Part shown: positions 1 to 11,426 of the stretch, piece by piece
Layout of the letters: each line of letters opens with the position of its first letter
Numbering within the stretch: the stretch's first letter is position 1
NCBI GenBank assembly: GCA_910592345.1
Contig: CAJVPI010000204.1
Location: 1 to 42,739 of the forward strand
Reading direction: 5' to 3'
Source: Paraglomus brasilianum
Taxonomy: Eukaryota
Length of the DNA: 42,739 nt
Notes under the pieces: generated by a model
Database searches by the model: none
What the model saw: the letters and a program-made list of their open reading frames with translations, nothing else
What the model was told of the DNA's origin: nothing
Translations under genes and position numbers: made by a program

Positions 1-240
<240 letters not shown>

Positions 241-275
241 TTATAACAAACGAAAAGACCTAACTAAAAAACATG

Positions 276-857
276 TTATTTCATACAACCGTCTGAACAG
301 CGAATAATCCCCCCCTCCTCAAAGTCGGGGGGATATTGTACAACAGGGCCTTCACAAACATGAAATTGGTAGACATCGAATTGAAGTAAACAGAGTGGCG
401 ACGGATTGTCCGGGCGTCCATTATCAAAAAGGAATCTCCATTGCATGCATTGTGAATCATCAAGACATGCTTTGCAGCATTCTGCGGCGGTATACAAAGG
501 AGGAGTTTTTGCCGTATAGTAAGAGTCATGGATATTATTATCCCATCCTGTAGTACCGGGAGCTGAACAACATGGTTTCTTGCATTCAGTTTTTGTAAGC
601 GTACAAGTATTAGTTACTACGCAATGTTTGCCATCTTGATGACCCTGACCATCCCCACAATTTTGATGAGGGTCCCTACAATCTGGACAAGTAAGAACGG
701 GAGTGGGAGTAGCGTCAGCGCAAGAGATTGTGGTCGTTGTTGTCGTCGTTGTTGTCGTAGTTGAACATTTTCCAGCATCAACAATGAAAACCAATGCTAG
801 TAGTGCTAGTAGGTAAAAAAGAACGACCGAAGTAAATGTAAGAGATTGTCCATTCAT
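276..857 (-). CDS. Small secreted cysteine-rich protein (193 aa) with Thr-rich linker and PAN/Apple-like C-terminal motif
   Basis: Intronless ORF. Hydrophobic N-terminus (VVLFYLLALLALVFIVDA) looks like a signal peptide with a VDA|G cleavage site. Poly-Thr tract, 18 Cys, and the motif TAAECCKACLDDSQCMQWRF...LCLL resembling PAN/Apple domains. Confidence 0.75.
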   Translation of the reverse strand: MNGQSLTFTSVVLFYLLALLALVFIVDAGKCSTTTTTTTTTTTISCADATPTPVLTCPDCRDPHQNCGDGQGHQDGKHCVVTNTCTLTKTECKKPCCSAPGTTGWDNNIHDSYYTAKTPPLYTAAECCKACLDDSQCMQWRFLFDNGRPDNPSPLCLLQFDVYQFHVCEGPVVQYPPDFEEGGIIRCSDGCMK

Positions 858-989
858 TGTTGCAAAAATACTATTGCAAGTTATCGAACCAGAGGGACTT
901 TCAACGGTTTTTATGTCGAAATGAAAAGGGAGTGAATGATTGGTGCGATACAGATATGCATGCCTCCTTGAGAATGTGCATGTTTAATT

Positions 990-2455
990 AATGGCAATGT
1001 ATCACAATTCAAAGATCTGTAAATAGTACGATTGTCGGTTGTACTGTAATTAAAATTACCAGAATTCCAACATAATAATCCATAATAATTTTTTCATATC
1101 ATGTAAACAGATATTATAATTATCGCCAGTTGAAATTTTAAGGTTGTAGCGTTTGTATATGTTGAGTAATTCGAAGATCTGTAATCGATCATGGCCGTTA
1201 ATGCTGTAATTGAAATTACTAGAATTTCAACATAATAATGCGCAACAAATTTTTAATAGCTTGTGAGAAAATGTTATAGTTATCGCCAGTTGAAATTTCA
1301 AGAGAGTAGCGTTAGTGGTTGTAGAGTTATTAACGAAAACGTCTTTTCGATTGATCATCTCGTTCATATACTTGTTTTGGGAACGACTATCGAATCAGGA
1401 AATGATTGTTGGTGTTACTACCCAAAAAGGCTAACCATCCGATTTAGAAACGATTAACATAAATTAACTAATTTAGAAATAACGTGACTTAAATTCTATT
1501 TTTTTTTTGAATGTTAGATTTATATGGCAATGTAAAAGGTAGATCAATCAAAATCATAAAATTGTAAATATCTCAAGAACCGCAAAAGGTACGGGAATGA
1601 AATTTACATATTTTGTAAAGGTACATATTGTCGATACGCATGTTAAGTTTCACCACAAGTCATAAAGTCCAATATCTCACAATTTAAGTATTTGTAAATA
1701 GTACGATTACCGATCTTAAATCGTTAACACGGTATTTGAAATTTGCAGAATCTGTACATAATAACCCGTAATGATTTTTTAATAGTCTGTAAATAAATGT
1801 CACATATACAAAATATTAAAATTTCACGACTGTAGCGTTTGTAGTTGTCGAGTAATTTAAAGATCTGTACGCAATGTATACATCGATTATACCCGTTAAC
1901 ACGGTATTTGAAATTGTTAGATTTCGTACATAACAAAACGTAACCATTTTTTGATATCATGTAGACAAATGTTATGTCTACAAAATATTAAAATTCCGTG
2001 AACGTAGCATTCGTGATTGTAGAGTTATTAACGAAAATGTGTTTTCGATTGATCTACTCGCTCATATACTTGTTTTGGGAACGACTATCGAATCAGGAAA
2101 TGATTGTTGGTGTTACTACCCAAAAAGGCTAACCATCCGATTTAGAAACGATTAATATAAATTAACTAATTTAGAAATAACGTGACTTAAATTCTATTTC
2201 TTTTTTTGAATGCTAGATTTATATGGCAATGTAAAAGGCCGATCGATCAATTTTACAAAATCGCAAATATCTCAAGAACCGTAAATGCTACGAGAATGAA
2301 ACTTACATATTTTGTAAATATATCTGTTGTCGATACGCATGTTAAGTTTCACCACAAGTCATAAAGTCCAATCTCTCACAATTTAAGTATTTGTAAATAG
2401 TACGATCGCCGATCTAATCGTAGAATCTGTACATAATAACCCGTAATGATTTTTC
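990..2455. repeat. Higher-order tandem repeat, ~690-700 bp period, about two copies plus a partial third
   Basis: ~1319-1720 is nearly identical to ~2018-2416 (GTAGAGTTATTAACGAAAA...GGAACGACTATCGAATCAGGAAATGATTGTTGG...CACCACAAGTCATAAAGTCCAAT). Each block is preceded by two diverged ~160-175 bp subunits (~1005-1165/1166-1330 and ~1680-1855/1856-2030). TGTAAATAGTACGAT recurs at ~1018, ~1693 and ~2392. Confidence 0.85.
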
Positions 2456-3220
2456 AGAACTTACTCAAATACTGCAAAATATTCACAAATGTACCGTTTG
2501 CATCATGATATTCTACATAATTTACCTGCAACACGCATCGTTTGTGAGTTTTTGCACATTGTTTAATAGCAATTAACGTTAATTGTGAAGGTTCTTAAAT
2601 TATTGTTCATCGACAGTTTTGTTATTGGTTGTAACTTTATTGTCTTACCGGGCATGCCGAATCATGAATGAAGCCAATTAACACTTCAAAAAAGAATTCG
2701 TTCTACAAAAGATGCTTACATTCACAAGATTATTGGTGAAAATTGACAGATCTGGTTTTATTTAAACAATCATGTTATTTATAGGGCCCTAGTTATTTAA
2801 CAATATTTATTGTGTTGGTGCTGTTTTACGTATATAATGAGGAATCTTCGTTTGTTCATCATATGCTGCGGACACTTAATAAGACCAACGAGATAAATAC
2901 CACTCTGAGCAATTCGACGCAGTTAGGAATCTCCGCATCCAATGAAGGGATAACATACGAGCCTGTACGACGTGTCCGGTTAATTTGAAACTGTATTTCA
3001 ATGAGTCGGAATTTGCTTTGAACAGAATCAATGACCACATTTTTTGTCATAATAGTTGTCTCTTATTTATTCAAAATAATCGTAATACAAGTGCAGTAGA
3101 AATTCAATCCAACACACTCTACGTTCTACTCTTCTACAAACATTTTGCTCTTTCTATCTGATCACAACAACTCGCTTCTCATTATCTCGTTCCTTCTCTT
3201 ATATCACACTCCCAAGAAGC

Positions 3221-4705
3221 TCACACCCTTCTCTTCTCAGTCGCTTTGGCAAGGATATCGCTAAACTCCTGGTACGGACCCTTCTTATGTTCAATCTTCT
3301 CCCACAAATCAGGAGTCAAGAACGCATACGTATTTCCAATCGCAGCAAACGTGGCCTTGACAAAATTACCCAGGGTACGTGTGGAACCCCTAGACGTGGT
3401 ATAACAATCAGTGATTCCTGCTAATTGTAAGAGCTTCTTGGGAGTAGGCGCAGCTACGATGCCAGTACCACGGGGAGCGGGAACTAAGCGGCAAGTTACG
3501 GATCCGCAGCGACCAGTGACTTTTGAGGGAACAGTATGTGGATCACCGAGGAGGGAACCCCAGTATCCGCGGCGAACGGGAATGATGGAGAGTTTTGCTA
3601 GGACAATTGCACCACGAATAGCAGTAGCTACTTCCTTTGAGCATTTGACTCCGAGACCTACGTGTCCGTCCGAGTCACCAACTACGACGAAAGCCTATAT
3701 TAGATTTGGGGCGAAAAAGTTAAGAAAAAGTAAGAAATTGAATGATTGTGATTTAAATGCTTGATTTGATGTATATAACATATTTAATATCTCTATCAGT
3801 CCTACGTTACTAGTAATATATAGCATTGAAACGTAGAGACAACGTCAAAGTATATATCTATTTAATGAGACATTCGCAAATACAAATGTCGGTTCAATCC
3901 CATAGTACTTATTCTTACTCGTTCTCATACCTTAAACCGAGTCCGTTGACCAGCACGTGTCTGTTTTTGCACAGGCATGATCTTCATGACTTCATCCGAT
4001 AGCTTTGGAAGAATAGTGTCGACAATCTGATATTCCTTAATAGGAAGAGAGTATTTGTAAATCTGTTCAAGGTCTTTGATTTTTCCTTCTTTGACCAATC
4101 GTCCGAGTTTTGTGACTGGGGCCCTTGGAAGATAAAGACGATTGAATGTCAAAGGTCAGAAGATTGATGCTCATTATCTACCCGTGGTATATGATAGTAA
4201 TTCATTACGATCCACTATGCTTACCATTCTTTCTCGTCATCTTTTCGACCACGACGGGCACCGCGTCCACGTCCACGTCCACGCCCTCTATCGCCACGAC
4301 CACGTCCGAAACCACGTCCTGTTGTTGATAAGTAAGTTAATTGATGGTTTACGTATGTACGTATGCACATTAAATAAAACCAACTGGTTAATCGCTATAT
4401 CTAAAATTGTATCATTATCGCTAGCATAGACATTAATGAGATGTTATTATCATTAATGGTGAAATCACAGACAGGAACAATCACTACAATAATCCCAAAA
4501 TCAATAAATCAGTTGATCTCCCCTCCCCTCTCGATATTTTACAAGTGTGAGAAGAAGAAAGGTGTATGCAGCATGCTATATTCTATTTCTTATGTATAAT
4601 TCTTCAGAAATGTAATTACTAAGACAAGCATCTACTTCACACATACACACACAAAAGTTGTAACTTACCACCACCACGACTATCGGCCGCGTTTGTGTCA
4701 GCCAT
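3221..4705 (-). CDS. RPS2: 40S ribosomal protein S2 (uS5), 4 coding exons
   Basis: Exons 4669-4705 ([13 protein letters not shown]), 4225-4318 ([31 protein letters not shown]), 3931-4123 ([16 protein letters not shown]...[14 protein letters not shown]) and 3221-3694 ([11 protein letters not shown]...[29 protein letters not shown]...KRRV*). All introns are GT-AG and phase-compatible. Confidence 0.97.
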
Positions 4706-4708
4706 TTG

Positions 4709-5010
4709 CTGTAACGCAAACAAAGAACAATAGTGTTAAAAACATCACACTCACCTCCTGTTTGCACTTCTAATTTTCTCTAAACATATACTGTTTCTAT
4801 ACAAACACACAACATTCTCTCTCTTATCTAATCTTTATTTTTCCTCCGATCTCTTGTACGCAGTAGCCTCATGTTCACTCTCACTTATCTCTCTACATCC
4901 ATTTACTATACAGATGGATGTCTTCGAATGTGCAATCGATAACTCACATAATCTAGCGTTTGGATGAACCCTTCCTTGGGTGGAGAATTCGAAAGGAGGA
5001 AGGATTCAAA
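4709..5010 (-). promoter_or_regulatory. Probable RPS2 5'-UTR intron and pyrimidine-rich (TOP-like) first exon
   Basis: Acceptor TTACAG lies 3 nt before the ATG (ttacag|caaATG). A donor GTGAGT is at ~4942-4947. The upstream minus-strand tract CCTTCCTCCTTTC is at ~4990-5003. Confidence 0.5.
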
Positions 5011-6571
5011 GATGCTGAGGTCGATGTTACTTTATTAGTTGATTGCGTCATCAGGAATGTGACTAGAACGGATTCTGAATGGATGAACATGATTGGATGA
5101 TTTTTGGTGCAGGTGGGGTGTTATGAGAATTGATTGGATTGTCATGTGGTGCGTGATGATTATGATTAGACCAGTCGGGAAATGACAAAAACGCGCGTGG
5201 TGAATGTTTATGAAATGGTTGTCTGTTATGGTCGTGGATGAGCAACGCGTTTATAGAATATTAAAAAACATAACAATCATTGCGAAGAATGCACTCTGAT
5301 TGTGAATAAACCAGCTGCTTATATCACTTGTGATGGAAGGCCGTTAAGTTGTTTGGGGAAACAGGCTTCATTATCAGTGGTCAGAAACTATTACATTAAT
5401 ATTATTTATCAAGCTCATAATAGAGGGTCTATTAACAAGTAGCATTTCCAGAACATTACCTGCATATCATGTGATAATTATATGTGTACAACAGTTAACG
5501 ACATGCATACATTCTCTCATCATCACAATTAGAATCGGATATGCCAACATGTATGAATCCTTATGACATTTATATCGGTGAATATGGGTTTGCACGCACA
5601 AAGCATCTTGGCATCCTCTAACACATAACAAAGCAATCGATCGGGGATCTTGTTCATGAGCCTATGCAGGTGACAGAATAAAGGACGTTTTAGATGCATT
5701 GTTTCAACTTGCGTTCGCGGACCTTTACCAGAGTTTTTTATATCGATGAAGCAACTAATAATGCGTCTGACTCGATGAAAATGCTTTCCCAATAAGATAA
5801 AATTAAAGAGATATCGCCAACGACCCACAATCCGAATCGCGTCAAGCTAATTTGTAAATAGTTGAAGAAATAGATCATATCGTAATTATCAGATTACCTT
5901 TTACTGAAATAAATAACTATCAAGGAACTGACGTACAGTATGTAATGGACATTCAAAAAATAGCTGATCGTGATTGTTACTTGATACCGACTCAACACCC
6001 AAATCACTGACTATGTAACTCTAACAACGATGACATTACAGAGTCAAGATTAATACACAAGAAATTTGTTTACAAAACATCTATATAATTAAGAGCAGAG
6101 GTGATCGTAGTAGATAGCAAGCATAACTAAGTATACTGCTATCCCATAGTCCCGTTCCAAATAAGCGCAATACTTTCAATCTTTCAACTGAGCATTCATG
6201 GAAAGTTTTTATTTAATTAATATAAATCTTTCGAGAAGATAATATTAATATCGATATCTATATTAATATAGTGCTCTGAAATTTAGCCTTTTTCATCTTG
6301 TTTTATTACTATCATTGCCCATATTGATAATATAACTTCTTTTATCTACAGCTAAATTTGAATTTATTGTGTATATGATCTAACATTGTTAATATTCTAG
6401 AATTATAATAAATTGTTCATAAAATATCAAAAGGAAAGAAAAAAAGAAAAATAAATTGTTTTATGCCAATGATTGTTAATATTGTATATCTAATGAAAAT
6501 GTAGCTACAGGCCTTAATATACTTCAACTAAAGATGTATGCGCGTAGACATACTCTTGAGTAGTTGAATCT

Positions 6572-9500
6572 TCAATCTGCATATTCAATCTTGTTCCACT
6601 CCTTTGTCTCAGAATCATAAACCATCTCAACTGTCGGCCTATAAAACCAGCAGATGCACCAAAAGTTAGCAACGATTCAGAACAAATCCAATGCAATTTA
6701 TGTATGCATTCATCTATGCAATTAACCCTATTCCCGTTTATTCTACGACCTCGCTATACGTACCAATAATGATAACATGTCTTGACTGCCAATACCATTG
6801 GTATCATGTCAAAACTTATAGTCTTTACTCTTACGTATGAGTTATCAGGGCATTTACGCACGACAGATATGAAGGAGTCAAGATCTGGGGTCGGAATGCC
6901 ATTTATATGTGTACTATACAATGAGAAAAGCGAGGTAACAAGAATAAAGCAAAGATAAATGAGAACAATATTCAGATAACAATCGTCACAATAACATTAT
7001 GGCAATCGATATACTTACATCCACATAGTCGGTACTATCCCATACATATATGCGGGCGAGCCTTTACTTCGAGCCGAAATGTAAACTCTTGACGGAAGTG
7101 TCTTTGACTGTTGAAGAACTGCTTTATGAGGCTCTGCATGGTTATAATATGTGTTCTTAATATTTGACTTTCAGTTCTCATGAATAACCAGTATGCGTAT
7201 AGGCAATAATTGGACTACAACTCTACCTTGAATAGCAGCCCCCGCCCAGATAACGATACGGCTTGTGCCAGTGCCAGATGTTAATTCTGTAGAGACTTTT
7301 AAAGTCAGTTCTTTCTCTTGTCGCAGCACAGTCTGGAAGTATAAGTATTATTAGCAAAATACAACATACCAACATACATTCCGTATATAGCAATTCTCTC
7401 CCAAATACCGTATTTTCTTTTGGCAAACGTAAACTAGCCCTCAACAATTTCCCCCATTCTATCTATCAAATTAATTAAAATTTACTCACAATCTCCAATT
7501 CTTCTTCGTAATATTGCACATCCATCTCATACATGCGTGTAATAGTCTTTCCGTTGACCGCCAATATCAAATCCAACTCTTTCAACACTCTCGCACTCTT
7601 ACTCCCTGTTTCTGTCCTCCTAATCAAAAACAGCTGATGCCTGCTCGGATTAGCATCTTCCACCTTCCTTACCCACTCTTCTGTCAACCCCATGTGGCGA
7701 GCCTGAGCAATTTGGACAGGCGTAAGTTCGATGTTTAGTGAGCGTAACATTGGAGACTCGCCTCGGCGCAGAGTGTCGAGGACCGGCAGGATTGTATGGA
7801 CGTGCAACCCAAGATGGTATTCGTTGTCGTGACCGGATACGTTGCGTTCGCCCAGATAAGAAAGCCAAAGAGCTGATACGGCACCTGATGGGTCGGCTAG
7901 AACGCCCGATGAACATTGTTGGGCTAAAGGTGTATCAACTGTTATTGCGTCTAGATTTATCGATCTGTAAATAGATAAATAAAAGGGGAGAAAAGAAAGG
8001 TGGGAAAGAAGAAGGTTGACTATTAATATTGGGTTTGTTCTTCTTTAAGATGTGACGTTTTTATACGGTATGACACCCACGACGACTCAAACGCCAGAAA
8101 GACAAAAGTCTTAAACAGAAACTTAAACGAACCTGAATCTCGGTGTAGCGTTCTGTGGGATCGTGACACTCGTGACATCCGTGACAACAGTATCCGAACA
8201 CACAATTCTATGATTATGATTAAATGCCACTAATGTAACCTTATGTCCTCGAGCCAATACTCTATCACTCAAAACTGCACTTTTCACCGGCGTATCACCA
8301 ATTAGCTTAGGATCGTATGAGACAAAGGCAAAATTATGTGTCGGGTGAAGATATTCTACACGTCCAGGGATGATGATGGAATCGGCGAAAGTGATTGATA
8401 AGTCGCCCATTGTGAAAGGAATTACGGAACGAGAGACAACGATTAAACCTTTATCGGCATCTACTACTACTCCGGCGCCTTGTTTCTATGTGGGAAGTAA
8501 GAAATATTGTACGATTATTACTTGAGTACGTGTTTGTATTTCGAGTATTCGTCCCGCACATAACATGACTCACCCTACTCTTAGGAAACCCATCAATACG
8601 ACATGGCATATAATAGCCGACTTTCACTAAAGAAGCAATGAGATCTTTAGCCGCACCCATGGATTCATCAAATTCAATAAACCTTGCTGTGGCGGGCTTT
8701 AAAAGCTTTGGCGGCTTCGGTGGACCTAAATCTGTGAAATCCCAAAGACCTGTTGTATCTATTGAAAGTAAAGTATATGATTTAATCGTTATCATATTTC
8801 GTTCCCTCAGAAACCTTATGTCAATATCTCTTTTGCTTTACTAAATTATTTGCATCACAACTTACCATTCCTAACAGCCAATCTAAACCTTGACCAATGT
8901 CTTTCTACTTGGACAACAGCAACACTGGTGGTATGCACGTCGGCAATCGAATAGTAGACAATAGGTATCCTCTCTCTATCTGGTATATCCTTCATAACTT
9001 CAATAAATGTCGGCAAATTGGGCGTAGGCTTATTATCCACAGAAGCAATAATCCAACCATGATCCGGTCCATCAAGACGAAACATGCCCGCCGGTTCAGC
9101 AACATACACTCCACCAACGGGGACACAATATGATCTAGCTAGTTGGTAAGATAATTCATTCAACTTTGCGCCACCTATTTCAACATATCTATCGGGCGTT
9201 ATCGAATGTAAATCTTGTACACGAACACAGAATTCGAGAGCAACTCCGCCCCGCTCAATGCAGATTTTGATTTCATCTCCGACATTTGAATCTAGCATTT
9301 GACTCAATGGGACAAATTTTGTAATGTGTTCTCCGTTGATGCTGATTAGAATGTCTCCTTCCTCCATGAATTTTGAAGCAGGTCCGCCTGGAACGACTGT
9401 TTCGGCAACTAGCATGCCGATTTCTCCTGGGAATAGTTTGCGTATAAATGATTCAGTCTCCGTTCGCAAGCCTAAGCGGCGTGTTTCGTCAAATGGCTTG

Positions 9501-11426
9501 TGGCTTTTATAGCATATTGAATAAATATATGCGAGGGTGAGACAAAAGACATGGGGAATATTATGCCGGAAAACGCGTAGACAAATCATTATTCTATACA
9601 CTTGTTAAAAAGCTTACAGAAGTTGGACTTGGATGGTTCCTCGTGGTACTTTCTCTCCTCGCTGTAAATGATCCAAAGCACGTGCTACGCGATCTAAAGG
9701 TAAAAAGAAGTCTGTTGCTGCCTTTGTGTGGCCACCTAAAACAGAAATGTTATATATGAGAAGCACGGCTCAGTATGACACAACCAAACCCTGTCATCAT
9801 GAGTAATTGATGTATCGTTAATACTACTACTATTCTCAAATACTTCAATGTCGAAAGATACAAACCTGCCTGTAACGCAACAGCATTTCCATGAATATCA
9901 ATTACGGGACTTCCTGAACTCCCGCCACTCGTACTGGATGCCGCTTGTCTGCATGAAGGAAATATACCAATGAATTTGAACGTATAACAAAGTTTAATCT
10001 TGGGAATCGCATAGATCCCACCCGAGCCTCATTTTTTTCAATCCCTTTATACTTACAGATAAAATGTGCTGCAATATGTTCCAGTTCGTGTTATAATTTT
10101 GGGTTATTGCGAGCAATTTTCAGAAAAAAAAACTGCCATGACCAAAACTCTTAATTTCGCAGCGAAGCGTACAACTTACTTAAAATCGTTATATGTCAAA
10201 TCTCCGTATTCCGGCGCGTTGCGATCAAGACGAGAGATCGATCCAGCTAGTATAGAAAGCTTCTCCCCAGCATCATTGCCAACAACTCGAATGTCGAGTC
10301 CCACTTTTGTGAGGTATGGAGCGAGAGGGATTTCGTTGATTGGCATATACTTTATTTCTTGCGGGTCGAATTTGAGAAAACTTCATATGGATAGAATGAA
10401 TAATATAAATGAGATAACAATTGACAATAGATATTACCCCCTTGTTAATCGGATATATGTTAAAAGCCAATATTTCTCATATATAGATAATGATTCTATT
10501 TCTTATATCCGTTCTTATTATACACGCTCTCCCTTCCCACCTTCTCTCCCTATTCTCTCACCAATTTACCAATCTCTTCTCGATCTATGCCTCATCCTAC
10601 ATTCTACTCACCCAAAATCGTGTACAGGATCTCTATAAACAGGATACACGGAAATCTCTTCGTGATCATGACACACTGCTTCACCAACAAATGGACCCGC
10701 ACATGCGACGTGTCTTGTTTAAAAGAAAAAAAAAGGAATTGTTGGTCAGCATGCCGTAACATGAATGTTATGCGTGTTTATTATAGTTCGAACATTTGAC
10801 AAGTCGAGTAAAGCGATTAACAGGAATCAATACCTGTTGGTTAATATTAATCCTCTTTTAGCATCAACTATGAATCCGGATGCTTCTGATGTCTCTGGAC
10901 CTATGCGAACAAGCGAGAGAATGTGGAATGAGAATGAATGAATTGTGAATAAATATTATGCAAATATATCTCGCGGCATTGCAAATGGTATTACATAACT
11001 TGTTATATTATGTAATTTTGCAATATACATAGTATATGTATTAGCTTTTTCCACCGTACTCACGTTTCATTCTTACCACCATTACCACCGTTACTCTCCC
11101 GATTACCACCTCCTTTCGTTCAACATACCCTCGGTGTCAAATGCAGCAACCTGGCTGAATCTAATAGACACTATGGCAGTAACGGCCTTTTCGATCGTGT
11201 CCTGCCAAGGCGGAGGCTGGAGTGCTGAAAAGTTCGCGTTCTGTAGATGGTCTTCATTCGTGTTATCGGCCAACTCCTGACGCTTGCTGTTCTGAGTAGA
11301 CACGAGATTCAGGGAATTCAAGGAATTTGTACGCCTACGCTTTTTCTGGGGGGGATTGGGTGTAGAAGGACTCGAACTTGCAACGAGTTGCGACGCTGAG
11401 CTACTTTCTAGTTGTATGTCTTCCAT
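6572..11426 (-). CDS. NMA111: HtrA-family nuclear serine protease Nma111/Ynm3 (protease + PDZ-like domains, internally duplicated), 15 exons
   Basis: Spliced translation gives [34 protein letters not shown] (His), YRDPVHDFG (Asp), [43 protein letters not shown] (Ser), [14 protein letters not shown] and GSPAYMYG, ending [24 protein letters not shown]. Exons include 11129-11426, 10834-10900, 10612-10713, 10180-10380, 10057-10068 and ten more down to 6572, all GT-AG. Confidence 0.95.

Noticed and set aside
990..2455. CRISPR-like array
   Set aside because: Units are 160-700 bp with no constant short repeat plus unique spacers, there are no cas genes, and the context is eukaryotic.
3411..4429. 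Plus-strand ORFs 3411-3764, 4142-4429 and 4146-4328
   Set aside because: Antisense shadows of RPS2 exons.
7950..8132. Second microexon in NMA111
   Set aside because: The acceptor at ~7964 (TTACAG|ATCGATAAAT) already restores [16 protein letters not shown] in frame.
10066..10638. 190-aa plus-strand ORF
   Set aside because: Antisense to NMA111 exons and introns, with no recognisable motif.
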